Part shown: positions 13,917 through 28,042 of the stretch, piece by piece
Layout of the letters: each line of letters opens with the position of its first letter
Position numbering within the stretch: the stretch's first letter is position 1
Origin: Eledone cirrhosa
Lineage: Eukaryota
NCBI GenBank assembly: GCA_964016885.1
Contig: OZ024745.1
Coordinates: 55,986,001-56,050,000, forward strand
Length of the DNA: 64,000 nt
Direction of reading: 5' to 3'
Notes under the pieces: generated by a model
What the model saw: only the letters and a program-made list of their open reading frames with translations
Database searches by the model: none
Told to the model about the DNA's origin: nothing
Made by a program: the position numbers and the translations under genes

Positions 13917-15547
13917 TGTTTCTGTGGGAGGAAGTTTGAGTATGTAAATGATTTTCGATGTGTCAATGTATGTGAGTATGTGTATTTGTGTCTCATTGAT
14001 GCATACAACTGCAAGATACATTTATTGTTGAACGCTTAGAATAAGAAAGATATCTGCGATGGGGGAATTAAACTTCAGAGAAAGTGAGTGGAAAAGTGAA
14101 GAAAGAATTTAGAGAAGAAACCTATAGATATATCCAGAAACGAGAGAATAAAAGGAAGACTAGAAAATAATGAAATAAATGCACAGCTAAGATATATACC
14201 GTATATATGTACTGCATGTCCCTGTGTATGCAGTATAAGATACACAAATCAACGCACACACACATACACACATATATTCATAATATATCTATATAACAAT
14301 GTTTCTAAGATTGATCAACGCTATTGATAGTGATGATTTATCAAAGCGCATACTCATATAAATTTATAAAATTCGTAACTATTTGGGTTTATATGATTTT
14401 CCATACTGTTAATATTTTTTGCAGCAAAATAAAAAAACTGGAGAAACGCATTTAGTATTTAACACGATTGTAATTCCTTTTATAAGAGTTGCTCTTTTCT
14501 AAGTGTTGCATATTTTAAAGTATTCGTCCCTGTTCAATCAGTCATTAGAAGAGATCTTATTAAATTTTAGATCTAAAGTATGATTGAGTGAGTTGTAAAG
14601 TCGCTGTAATCATTAACGTTGTTTTAAAATCGTCATTAGCTTTACTGCTATTTCCCGAACGCCAGGAGAAGTACTAAATGTCAAACAGTGATAGAAAATG
14701 GGACGCATGCCAACAGGAGATTGTTATTGAGGTAGTAAGGACGTTCATTACAATCGACAATGATTAACTGTAATGTTGTTGAAAACGGAAGCCATTACAA
14801 TACTTTTAAAATGATAAGCACATAAATGGAACGTTGACAAATATATTTTTCAGTGTACAAAATGAGAAAAATGTTTTACTTATTTTATAATTTAGTATTG
14901 AGGTAGCCCACGTCCTCGATTCCGCGCGTTTAATCCACACATGTGGCATTGTGAGGCTATTTTTGAAGAGGTCAGCCTGCACCTGCTATCATGACGACAT
15001 ATCTCAGGGTAATTACCTCGACACGCTACCCTGAATTACATCTTTAAGAGAAAGCTAGACGTAGCAGGCTTCCAGTCTCAACTAAAAATGATTTGTTTAT
15101 TGGAACAGCATATGCACCAATGTATTTGCTTTTGTCATGAAGATTACATAAAATAATCGTTTAATGAAATTATTAACCTGGCGATCTTCAATGTCACTTA
15201 AACAGAAATAATACGCCAATAAAATTGCATGGCACAACGAAAGAAAGGTTCCTTTAGGAAGAGGTAATTGGGGTGATTTTAGCTAATTTGCATTCTGTTT
15301 TTTTTTCAGTTGCATTTCATATGCAATGTCTTCATATGCAATTATACCTTAGTATTCAAACGATATCATTCATATGTAATCGTACGCTTTTATATTAGAA
15401 TTGATATATTGCACCATGTAATCTCATAACGGTATGTCATTGTTAGATATTTGGTGAGTGTGGTTGGGGATGAAATGGTGTGAAACAAGAAGAGCATCAC
15501 CGATACATCATCTACCACTAAAGCCACAAACATAACAATGTCAACAA

Positions 15548-15728
15548 TAATTATTTCTACTTTTGGCACAAGGTCAGCAATTATCCCCGTATATTACAGT
15601 TGGTTTATTTTATCGACCCCATACGGATAAAAAGCAAAAGTTAACCTCAGTGGGATTTGAACTCAGATCGTAAAGGGTCGTAACTCTATGCTGCAAAGCA
15701 TGGTGTCCGACCCTTTACCACTCCAATA
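15548..15728 (-). mobile_element. tRNA-derived SINE
   Basis: Same family as 6218-6400. Confidence 0.8.
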
Positions 15729-15789
15729 ACATGCTGAAAAAATAATAAGTCGTCTACAGGTTCTGTGATCTCCCAAGTATACAATTTTA

Positions 15790-15945
15790 TCTTCATCATC
15801 CCTGTTATCATCATCCACCATCTTCGTCATTTTCATAATCAGTATCCCCAGCATCACTTCCATCACCATCATCAGCTTCATCATCATGATCATGTTCACC
15901 ATCATCAACGTCATCATCCCCTTCAGCATCGTTGTCGTCATCGTC
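15790..15945. repeat. Degenerate (CAT)n microsatellite
   Basis: Direct reading; explains the His-rich and Met-rich spurious ORFs. Confidence 0.85.
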
Positions 15946-18900
15946 AAATTACACATCTTCATACGCATTATTTGTTCATAATATTCTTATTATTATCATT
16001 AGAATTATCTTTTATAACACAGTAGACAAACATACATGCAAAAAGAAATAAACTATTTCGGAGAAAGATTGAACTTTAAAACACATCGCCAATAATATTC
16101 TTTGCTTATTATAATACATGAAATGATTACAAATGTTACTTTCATTTTTGTGTCGTTCGATATGAAGTCATATTCATTTTCTATACAATTCTGTTTTGCG
16201 CAGAGCTCAAAATATAGTAAAATAAATAGTACAAAAAAAAAAGAAATTCTAATCGGTATTTATGAACGTAATTGGAAAGGTCGGGGCACTATTTTTAAAA
16301 ATGCTCATTATATGAAATAAACTGCTAAATTCAATAAAAAAAAAAATGCAGAATTCACAATTACTTTAGCATAATTATCGAAAATATAATTTTCTTCTAA
16401 CTAATTTTGTGAATTAACGAAAATGTGTATTTTGTCCACGATGTGGCTTGCGGATAAAGTTCAATTAGATTATTTAATTTCAATAATCAATAAATATTTT
16501 ATTACACCCACAGTACATTTATTTGTTTCTGTCTTCCAGACAAGCTAATGTTATACAATCGTTGCTAAGTTTAATATTTCTATCTTTCATCCTTTCTAAT
16601 GCGTACAAGTGTGCACTGAAATAAATATAATGGGTTTAATGGGAGAGACTTTTATAAAATAGATTGACTTTGTAAGGTAATAAATTTACATCTGCGTTAA
16701 TGCCGTCTATGCATTCATATTGAACGTTCTTTGACATTGTGGTGTTGATATTAGACGTGAGATCACCACTAGGTTAGTAATTCAATAAAAGGCTAATGCA
16801 ATAATGGAAATTGGACACATCCCTGAAAAATACTCCTATTATTTTCTTCATCATTTTCCCACCAATGCATCGATATTCAATTCGGCATGGTGAGAAATAA
16901 GACACCTATTGACACTGTTATATACTTCATGGTTTATTTAGTAGAAATAATAAAACAATAGAAAAATAGAGGGATCTATGTGCTTACAAATATGCTTCAT
17001 AAGTTTGTAGTAAATTCTTAATGCTAGTATGAAACATTCCTTGAAAGTTAAATGGTATGTGATAAAAAATATATAAAACGAAAGTTTCGTTGCCAGTATA
17101 GGATATTGGTCCTACAGCGTTTAGTGTTGATCATCATTTTATTGACCCATTTGTCATTAACAAATAAACATATATTGGTCGCAATATCCCATTGGCTATG
17201 ACCAGCACAAAACCAGTTATTAATAATGGAACGGTGGTACTTAGTTCAATATTCGATTACAACGGTTGAGACATTAGATCTATCTTTTGAAATTTAATTA
17301 TTCTATATGAAGTCAAGTGCTCATATAGAATGATTACGTGATGTTAATTAATAATGCCTGGTCTGATACATATGGGATGAAATCCCTCAGGAAGCAAACG
17401 TTTATTAGTAAAAACATTTAAATGTGCTTTATAAATTACGTCCCTTACATAAATGAAACATTACTGTACATACATCATCGTGAAATTCAGTGGGAATATT
17501 ACATAAGGCTTGACAATCTGCTTTTGTTTATATAGTGCGTGGTGTGTAATTCCAAACAGGTACACATATACATCTACTCCAAGGATAAAGCACGGACGGT
17601 GTTTGGAAGGCTTTCTGGAATGCAGCATACTAAAATGGCATGATAGTGTGTGAAGGCCACAAGCATCGACTATGGATCCACAGTATCAATACCGATATCC
17701 GAACTGTCACTGGTCAGCTGAGCCATGGTTGATAGTGAATGAACGCTGATTAGCTAGCAACTAATGTAGGGTGTAAAACAGCGCCAGCCAAGCCTTTTTC
17801 CCCGGCCTGGTCATCACACACTTGATTGCGTCCCATTTACTTTGGAAGGAAGGGGTGCATACAGAGAGGAGAGAGGGGGGATCGTCTTCAGACTGGAAGC
17901 CGAATTGGTTCAAAGATATGTAGTTCACTTAGCCTATCCCGATAAGAGAAGATTCTCCTGTTTTGTAGTGAAGTATTTTAATGAAAACACGACAAGAAGT
18001 TACGTAAAAAGGAAATGCCGGCAAAGCCAGTGAAGTTGGAGACTGGTGAACTGAGGCCAGCTTATCTGACAGGTATGGTAGCCTGTTGTAATCCGTGGAC
18101 GTTAAACAACGCTACATACCTCCTCAGCAATATCTTTACAGCACTGAGCTGGATAAAGCGTTGAGTTAGTTGAAGAGAAATGTGAGTGACTGTTCTAAGT
18201 AGTACTGTGGGAGGTATATAGATGTTTGGACTTAATTATTTCGTTATTTAATGCACGTCCGAGTGGAATGCCTTAATCGAAATACCAAACCGTCAAGAGA
18301 TTAATTAATCAACATGACCCAATGCGGTAGATTCTAACTGACCAGTCGACGTGTTTGTAATAGACAACTATACCTCGAAATACAAGCTGACATTTTGCTC
18401 AATTATTACTGGATTAGTTGGTGGAGAGGTATGGTGCCTGAGAGAATAGTAAATAGAAAAGTAAGAAAGAAGTTGTGATATTCAGCCTAGATACTTAATA
18501 CGAATATCTGCAAAATATTTAACTGTGACAAATTTATGAATCATGTCATAATACGGACATGCAGGCCGGATTATGTCTACATACAGGTTCGACCTTAAAT
18601 AGCTTACTAGCTTATTGTTAGATAGGATGTATAAAAAAGGAACCATATTCATATTAAACCTGATACATTCGCAATTCATATACGTTCATGTAGTTACATT
18701 AAAAGTTCGAAATTTTGCACAATATCAATCATACAAGTATTATGTGTATATGTAATCAATATGAAACAGTAGTTCATGCTTTATAACGATAATACCTAAA
18801 TAGGATACAGAATGTTAACATGGGGAAATATTTTTCAATATAGATTTACCAAACAAGGAGGGCTGATGGCTTATTACACAACACCAAATATCACATCCTA

Positions 18901-19384
18901 ATGTATTTCCTTTGCACTCTGTCTTATTATTTACTCATTTACTACTAGTCCATTTGGCAGATCATATGGTATATTAACATTCCACGTTTTCAATTAATAG
19001 AATTATGTTCTAATCTTAATATATTTATTAAACAAACTACAGGGAAGGTTTTCACGATCGCCGAAGATTAATTTAGAACAAACAATAGTAATTGATGCTA
19101 TTCATCTGCTCCAGGTTCAATCTGTATCAATCTGACTCAACTCTGGAATGAAAGGCTCGTCGGACCTCTGCTGTGGGAAATATAGAATGAACATATAAAG
19201 CATAGAGCTATCTGTAATGTGCGTCACCAATTAATAAACGTAATGAAGACATAACAAATTATCATTTTATTATTATATTTAAACTTGTTTAGCTCTAGAC
19301 CTCGTTAACAGGCGTGAATTTAAACATCGAGTGCTCACCTGGGTGACCATACAGTAACTGTACGTTACACCCCCCACCCCCCGG

Positions 19385-20030
19385 ATATATATATTGGTAT
19401 GCTGGAACCTCAGAACATGGCTTGACGTCCCATATAGCAACCGCCCAGAGCACCGCTCAGCCTTAGTTGGTAATGAACTCTTTAGACTAGGTATATATGC
19501 AGCGGTTCTCAGTGAAGTTCGTCTCCCTGGAGAGTGCACTCTGAGAGAACAAGGGTTTGGCTACACACTCTACTGGGATGAAAGGTGAATGGAGGAGAAG
19601 CACCTTACGTGTTTTCGAGATCTGGTCCTTGCATTGCTGTCACACCCGGTCCCTGAAAAGATTTCACCAACACTGTCTGCTCAGCGTACTAAACATTCAC
19701 TGGAATGAACATGTCACCAAGAAAGAGGTCCTCGAGAGAACAAACATCAACAGTTTCGACGTCACTCTTATGAAGATACAGCTGTGCTGGGTAGGGCATA
19801 TCGCCAGAGTGGTAAAGATTATACTCTACGGAGAATTGTTCTCTGGCAGATGAAACAGCGGTGCGCCGATGAAACAGTATATGTGGTACACAGACATGTT
19901 AAAAAAAGATGATGAAAAGATGTAACCCCCAGCAATGGACATGCCTAGCTGCTGCTGCTGACTACAATGCTTGGTGCCGCATCTTCCAGCGGGTCACAAA
20001 TGCATTCGAGGTGAACTCTCATGTAAGTCC
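19385..20030 (+). mobile_element. Internally deleted RTE LINE remnant
   Basis: VCWNLRT, RPEHRSALV, LSEVRL and GYTLYW (APE N-terminus) are joined directly to FHQHCLLSVLNIHW, QLCWVGHIAR and KIILYGEL (post-RT C-terminus). Confidence 0.8.
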
Positions 20031-20091
20031 AGCGTATGGGGTGGGTTACGACGTAACCAAAAAATGGTGAATTGACTGTTGAGGAACTACT

Positions 20092-20144
<53 letters not shown>

Positions 20145-20145
20145 G

Positions 20146-21288
20146 TAATTTACTTCCTCATTTTTGAATCAGTTTGAACACTTCTTTAGAACTGCTGGAC
20201 TGGCAACCTGACAGATACCTCAGGTACAGATGATGATTATCGCTAAATACTGATGTTGGTTAGATTATCAATATTAGTATTATTAGGGCACCCTCTGATG
20301 AGTTATAGGAGCCCACTTGAATATATATATATTAATGGTATACAAGCTCCTACATAAATTGGTATAATTTAACCCAAATTGTAGGAATCCTATAATGAAA
20401 CGAGACGTCCGTCTGGGAAGAGATATATTCGATATGTCTCATATGAAATAATCCAGCCAATTTTCCACGCAATACTTTTAGTTAGCACCCCGAACGCATA
20501 ATTGGGAATATAATCACTTATTTCCTAAGGTTTGTTGAGTGAGTTGGAATTTGGGCGGAGTATCGCTAAAAAGCTTTCTCCGATATTGTATTTATTTATT
20601 TACTCTTGGCGCAGCAGATTCGAAATTTTCCCGGTATAAGGTTTCAATTTCTTTGTTTATTTTTTATATATGAATATTGATTGTTCCTTATATCTCATTC
20701 TGTTATTTTGCCAGAGAAAATATCTGTGTGTCATCAAATGTTGTACACATATAGAAATTTTTTCAATTTCCAATTGAGTTCTTAGCACGTGACCTGAATT
20801 TTTTTTAGAGTTCATTGTCATGCGCATGTATTGTTTTTTTGGCGATAATTTACTTCCTCATTTTTGAATCAGTTTGAGCAATTCTTTAGAACTGCTGGAC
20901 TGGCAACCTGACAGATACCTCAGGTACATATGATGATTATCGCTAAATACTGATGTTGGTTAGATTATCAATATTAGTATTATTGGGGCACCCACTGTTG
21001 AATTATAGGAGCCCACTTGAATATATATCTATTGATGGTATACAAGCTCCTACATAAATTGGTATAATTTAACCCAAATTGTAGGAATCCTATAATGAAA
21101 CGAGACGTCCGTCTGGGAAGATATATATTCGATATGTCTCATATGAAATAATACAGCCAATTTTCCACGCAATACTTTTAGTTAGCACCCCGGACGCATA
21201 ATTGGGAATATAATCACTTATTTCCTTATGTTTGTTGAGTGAATTGGAATTTGGCCGGAGTATCGTTAAAAAGCTTTCTCCGATATTG

Positions 21289-21295
<7 letters not shown>
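20146..21295 (+). mobile_element. Non-coding 700-bp tandem unit (1.6 copies) with hammerhead; retrozyme/pLTR-like
   Basis: Exact 700 bp period (20146 and 20846); flanked by (GA)n/(TA)n; no convincing ORF. Confidence 0.8.
20291..20417 (+). ncRNA. Hammerhead ribozyme with extended stem II
   Basis: CCCT-CTGATGA-GTTATAGGA...TCCTATAAT-GAAA-CG AGACGTC CG-TC|TGGG; the second copy (20991-21117) has a perfect CCCA/TGGG stem I but core CTGTTGA. Confidence 0.7.
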
Positions 21296-21380
<85 letters not shown>

Positions 21381-21384
<4 letters not shown>

Positions 21385-21575
21385 AAAGAATAGGACCCCG
21401 ATGGCTGAGCTCAAGCTGTTTCGGCGGCTAATTCTGGACTGAATTAGCCGTCGAAACGGCTTAAGCTCAGCCGTTGGGGTCCTACTCGTTCCTATTACCC
21501 ACTCTACTACCCTAAGTATTGAGTACTTTGGTGCGTTATGGTCCATCTGGTTCATTACCACATTTCCTTCGTTAT
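21381..21575. repeat. Fold-back (about 54 bp arms) plus unique tail, in (TA)n
   Basis: 21381-21434 is the near reverse complement of 21441-21494; related sequence at 45920-46095 and 50770-50835. Confidence 0.85.
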
Positions 21576-21594
21576 ATATCTATGTATATATATA

Positions 21595-21784
21595 TAGAAG
21601 TGGTTACACAACAGTTAGTTCACCATACCGAGAACAATTGTTTTACCTTAGCGGATCCACAGCTCGTAATGGACATGGTTATACGGTATGGTGAACTAAC
21701 TGTTGTGTAACCACTTCTACCTTACTCGTCCCATGGACTGAGTGCTCTACCACTACGGATATATTACCTTCCAGTGTTCTACCA

Positions 21785-21788
<4 letters not shown>
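21595..21788. repeat. Inverted repeat (36 bp arms) plus tail, in (TA)n
   Basis: 21595-21630 is the perfect reverse complement of 21684-21719. Confidence 0.85.
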
Positions 21789-22980
<1,192 letters not shown>

Positions 22981-23479
22981 TATATGTGTGTGTGTTATTG
23001 TGTCTGCGTGTCTGCGTGTGTATGTATGCATATAAAAAAAGATAGAAGATTTCATGGTATACACAAATTTTAGGATTTTCTATTAATGCTCTCCTTCAGA
23101 GAAGACATGTCAGCGCCTATTTCGATGAATTATTTATTGTCTCCATGGCTTGCAAAAATGCTAGTGAGCGAGTGGACAGCAGTCAATATGGCTGGTGTTA
23201 AAACGACTGACTCCCTAATTCAATTTGCCAAAGAGAAATATTCCGGTCACTTCAATTCTAAACATTTTATGTCTAACCAATGCCATATCGAAGTTCGTTT
23301 GAGTCCACTGTGTGAGTCATATAAGCATTAATTTCAGGAGTTATGTTAATCGAAACATAGATATGACCTGCTCAGCATGCATGCAAGCGTGCATACATAA
23401 AGTTAAACACATAAATGAAAACCGAGTAAAAAATGCAAATACCAAAATAAACGTATGCAAGTTTGTATTGTACTGTATT

Positions 23480-23740
23480 ATTTTAATGGTACAATGATCG
23501 ACCGTCGAAATGTTGTGGGACTTCTAATGATGATATAATCGTTTCCAAAAGCTACCAAGCAAAACACAACAATTCTTCTTTCCAGTGCTATGTATAGCGG
23601 GCTGAGCTAGATGGAGTCATGTACATTTTCATAGTCGACGAAGGTGAAACAGAGAGTTGTATTCGTTTGCCTTCTCTTCTACTCGATTAGCTGCATGACT
23701 GTTTATAATCCTGAATTGAACCCCGCCATCTCTCTTGGTT

Positions 23741-23742
<2 letters not shown>
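23480..23742 (-). pseudogene. RTE reverse transcriptase fragment
   Basis: [18 protein letters not shown] and [12 protein letters not shown] resemble RTE QPREQAGFR, EKxxEY and FVDYEKAFDS. Confidence 0.7.
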
Positions 23743-23825
<83 letters not shown>

Positions 23826-24083
23826 ATATATGTATATATATATATATGTATAAAAATAGGGAAAAATACATAGCGAAACCAAATATAATATCACGACCAA
23901 AAGGTTCATGAAGCGAACACCAACAGGAATATAAACCCTGAGTAGAGAAAAATCCATTTTTTAACGTCAGGACAACAACAACCGGAAAACGAAAAAACTC
24001 CAGGAGGAAACATACCCAAAACAACTGTACACGTAGATCCTAAAATAATTAATTTATCTAAAAGAGATCTTGACAATGATGAA

Positions 24084-26330
24084 ATGCAAATTCTGTCAAA
24101 AGGACTGAAATTCACACCGACTCCAACAGTCAACCACCAAGAACTGAAGGAGGATACCCAAGAATTCTGTCGAAAATTACGTCTTGTAGAATTCTTCGCT
24201 GATAAAAATAATGAGAGTGATAAATCACTAGTAAAGAATAAATCAAACTTCACTCCGCCAAAAGGAAGAAATATCTATCTCGACCAATACATTGACATCC
24301 TGTCTAAATTTTCTCTTAGACATATTACTAATGTTAGGCCAAACATTAACAAATCAGAAATGTCTGCACTTAAACGTATACAAAATGATAAAACAATAAT
24401 AATTAAACAAGCAGATAAAGGGGGTGCAGTTGTTATAATGGATACTGAATACTACAAGGATTTGGTTGAGGAACAACTGAAAGACACAACATTCTATCAT
24501 GAAATACCGTCAAATATAGACCACAACATCATGAAGAAGATCAACAACCTGGCTTCAAAATACCACAACTCATTTACTGATAAGGAAAGAGACTACATCA
24601 CCAATTTTGAGCCGAAACCCAGCAACCTGTATGGCCTACCGAAAGTTCATAAGTCAAAAGAAATACAACTGGCAGTAAGAGAACAAAACAGTGAGTACAT
24701 TGAATTATTACACCCAAAAGGCTTAAAACTTAGACCTATTATAGCTGGTCCAACATGCCCCACCCACCGTCTAAGCAATTTTGTTGACATTATTTTGAAA
24801 CCACTATGTATTCACATACCCAGTTTCATCCGGGATGATATCGACTTCCTGTCCCATCTACCCAAAACCACGGAATCGAATTCACTTCTACTCAGTTTTG
24901 ATGTGGTAAGCCTTTACACCAACATTACACATGATTTAGGAATACAGGCGGTTAAATACTGGGTGGAAAAACATAGAGAAGTGATTCCCATTAGATTCAC
25001 AGCACCATTTATATTAGACGCAGTTAAACTTATTCTGGAAAACAACACTTTCTTCTTCAATGGAAAGAATTACATCCAAATTAGAGGCACAGCGATGGGA
25101 ACGAAGTTTGCTCCCGTTTACGCGAACTCTGTAATGGGATACTTAGAACAACAACTCTACCAAGAAATAGAGGAAAAATATAGTACTGACTTAATAAAGT
25201 ACATTGAAAAATCTTGGAAGAGATACCTTGACGACTGTTTCATCATCTGGACAGAATCTCTAGATACTCTGGATGAGTTCAATATCCTCCTGAATAACCT
25301 ACACCCATCTCTCCAATTCACAAAAGAGATGAGTAGGACCAAATTACCATTCCTAGATATAATGATAATCAAAAACGACACCACCATTACCACGGATATA
25401 TATTATAAACACACAGATACCCATCAATATCTGAATTTTAAGTCGTGCCATCCACCTCATACAAAACGCAACATCCCATACTGCCTAGCCAAAAGAATTT
25501 GTACCATTGTAGAAGATACGAATACCAGGTACAAACGCCTAACAGAACTAAGAGAATTTTTGCTCAAACAAAAATACCCATCTCTACTTATAGAAAATGG
25601 CATACAGCGGGCTATAAAAACACCTATACAACAACTTAGGACAACCCAAGGAAGAAAAAACCAAGAACTGGTCATACCATTTATAATGACACACAACCCA
25701 TGTCACCAGAATATCTTCAACACTGCCAAAGCAAACCTACCGATCATTGCTCAAAGTAATGAATTAAAAGGCTTAATCACAGATCGATCTTTGACTCTTA
25801 GTAAAAGACAGCCAAAAAATTTGAAGCAATTACTAACAAAAGCAAAGTTTGACCTTAACAACAAAGACCAATCATTCACTGTATCTAAATGCAATGATAG
25901 TCGATGCGGCACATGTCAATATATGAAAACAAAAACTGGAAAAATATGCCCAAATGCAAATATGAACTGCAAAAGCAGAAATCTAATTTACTGCATTAAA
26001 TGCCCGAATTGTGAAGAACTATATGTCGGTCAAACTGGAAATGCACTATCGGAACGTGCACGGGTACACCGTCAACAAATCAGAGACCCAAATGTCCGTC
26101 AGATACCCCTAAGCAACCATCTAGCAACATGTGGTCAGGGAATATTTATAATATTCCCATTCTACAAGTTACACAGCCCAAGTGAAATCAAGAGAAAAAT
26201 CAAAGAAAAGAATTTTATTGATAAATTCAAACCCAAGCTAAATCCCGGGGATTTGCGTTTGCCGCATTGGCTCAGCACGTCCTCTATCTCAGCGGCTGAA
26301 ATCGGCTCCTCGAACAATAATAACGCTTAG
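24084..26330 (+). CDS. PLE reverse transcriptase with Cys-rich linker and GIY-YIG endonuclease (frame open from about 23942)
   Basis: LSKGLKF, KQADKGGAVV, YGLPKVHK, FDVVSLYT, GTAMGTKFAP, RYLDD, FLD, KCNDSRCGTC and LIYCIKC..LYVGQT. Confidence 0.93.
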   Translation: MQILSKGLKFTPTPTVNHQELKEDTQEFCRKLRLVEFFADKNNESDKSLVKNKSNFTPPKGRNIYLDQYIDILSKFSLRHITNVRPNINKSEMSALKRIQNDKTIIIKQADKGGAVVIMDTEYYKDLVEEQLKDTTFYHEIPSNIDHNIMKKINNLASKYHNSFTDKERDYITNFEPKPSNLYGLPKVHKSKEIQLAVREQNSEYIELLHPKGLKLRPIIAGPTCPTHRLSNFVDIILKPLCIHIPSFIRDDIDFLSHLPKTTESNSLLLSFDVVSLYTNITHDLGIQAVKYWVEKHREVIPIRFTAPFILDAVKLILENNTFFFNGKNYIQIRGTAMGTKFAPVYANSVMGYLEQQLYQEIEEKYSTDLIKYIEKSWKRYLDDCFIIWTESLDTLDEFNILLNNLHPSLQFTKEMSRTKLPFLDIMIIKNDTTITTDIYYKHTDTHQYLNFKSCHPPHTKRNIPYCLAKRICTIVEDTNTRYKRLTELREFLLKQKYPSLLIENGIQRAIKTPIQQLRTTQGRKNQELVIPFIMTHNPCHQNIFNTAKANLPIIAQSNELKGLITDRSLTLSKRQPKNLKQLLTKAKFDLNNKDQSFTVSKCNDSRCGTCQYMKTKTGKICPNANMNCKSRNLIYCIKCPNCEELYVGQTGNALSERARVHRQQIRDPNVRQIPLSNHLATCGQGIFIIFPFYKLHSPSEIKRKIKEKNFIDKFKPKLNPGDLRLPHWLSTSSISAAEIGSSNNNNA

Positions 26331-26700
26331 GGGTATTACTTCTACTACCACTATGACTACGACCGCTTACAACAACAACAACAACAACAATAATAATAAT
26401 AATAAAAGTGATGTTGATGGTGATGATTAATAGAAAATGCTATTTTCATCATTTCTAAAAATAGCAAAACAATTGATGCTTTGGATATGATTATTGGTCG
26501 TTAACATGCTCAACCAGTCGTGACGCTTAAACCAATCAGCTTTAGTAATTCAGTGAAACTACACACTGATTGGTCGAAATACAGTTTACAGGGCTTAGCA
26601 TTCTGGAGCCAATTTTATCTGTATAAAATGTATAAAAGGTAGGAAATTTACCCATCTTATTACAGTTGAAAATTGCAAACTTGACTGTCACCACATATTA

Positions 26701-26739
26701 TGAACCTGAAGATTGCGAAAGCATGAAAGTACTTGTTCA
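26701..26739 (+). ncRNA. Minimal type-I hammerhead ribozyme of the Neptune pLTR
   Basis: TGAAC-CTGAAGA-T TGC GAAA GCA T-GAAA-GTAC-TT|GTTCA: perfect 5-bp stem I and palindromic stem III. Confidence 0.88.
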
Positions 26740-26851
26740 ATTAACACTTAGAATTTAATATTCTATCATATTATTTCATTATAATACCATTATATATTTT
26801 AAAGGATTGTAAATAAAACGAGTAAATCAGACAAAGTTGGAATTCCTCTTA

Positions 26852-26952
<101 letters not shown>

Positions 26953-27015
26953 ATGCGATTGTATATATATACATATATATATAGATATATAAATATATAC
27001 GTGTGTGTGTGTGAT

Positions 27016-27046
<31 letters not shown>

Positions 27047-27066
27047 TTATTAAAATAACAGATTAA

Positions 27067-27117
27067 AGTTTAAGCAAAGAATCGCTACTTTCACCTTTAA
27101 CGGGATCTTCTGAAACT
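27067..27117 (-). ncRNA. Hammerhead (core CAGAAGA) in the Naiad 3' pLTR
   Basis: Reverse complement of the copy at 31055-31105, with two substitutions. Confidence 0.6.
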
Positions 27118-28042
27118 AACAAAGTCAATCTGTACACGCAGAACTGGATATTTCAAAAAACGTTGCAACCGAGGAAGACAGGAAGACGATACTTTGGTTC
27201 GTGGTAACGTTCGCTGGCAAAGAACGGGAAAAAACGAATAATACGTCATTAATAGGAGCGGAGAAATACAATTACGCGCAAAGACAGAACCACATTTATG
27301 GTATAAAAGAGGTCGTAGACTAATGTTCTCTTAAGTGGTGCATAGAGACGTTCTCTGGCAATGAACGAAAAAACGAAGATAATAAGTCATATGTGGAGCG
27401 TGGAGAACAATAGCACGCAAAGACAAAATCACGTAAATGGTAAGCAGAAGTCGTAGACTAAAATTCTAACTAGGAGTCCAAATGAATCTCCGCTACAGAG
27501 TTAAGAACAAAGTAAATAAATACAATACAGAAGTAATAGAAACAAATAAATACATACACGCAAACAGATACGTACATACACAAGCATACGCAAAACCTTA
27601 CCATAGGTATACAAAACCACGCACATATAAATATGTGTGTGTGTATATGCTTGTGTACCAATAAATAAATAATTATATAAACGTATATAAGTAAATAAAT
27701 ACGTATATAACAAGCGCACACGCATACCTACATATAAATACACGAATGTTCGGAGACGTAAGTCAACTAAAACAAGAAGTACACATATACACACACCCAC
27801 CATACGTACGAACCTGCATACTCGCGCAGACGCAAAACTCCCGTATACACATAGCCAAACCCTAAATACCAGAATAAGTAAAAAGTATACGCCATAACAG
27901 TCAAATATACGTACGAGAAGGTATACATACCTTCACAAAACATACGGGTAATATATACTTACCTATGCAAATAAGTAAAGGAATAAACAAACATATACTT
28001 AGCTCCCACATCAAGACGTAAAATATCAACGTATAGATCGTG

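Noticed and set aside
15663-16025. His-rich and Met-rich ORFs
   Set aside because: They come from a degenerate (CAT)n repeat
17560-18200. Possible Gypsy integrase relic on the minus strand (TQRFI..KDIAEEV)
   Set aside because: Similarity is too weak and fragmented to support without a search
20460-20846. Possible GIY-YIG remnant on the minus strand of the 700-bp unit
   Set aside because: Only vague resemblance, with many stop codons
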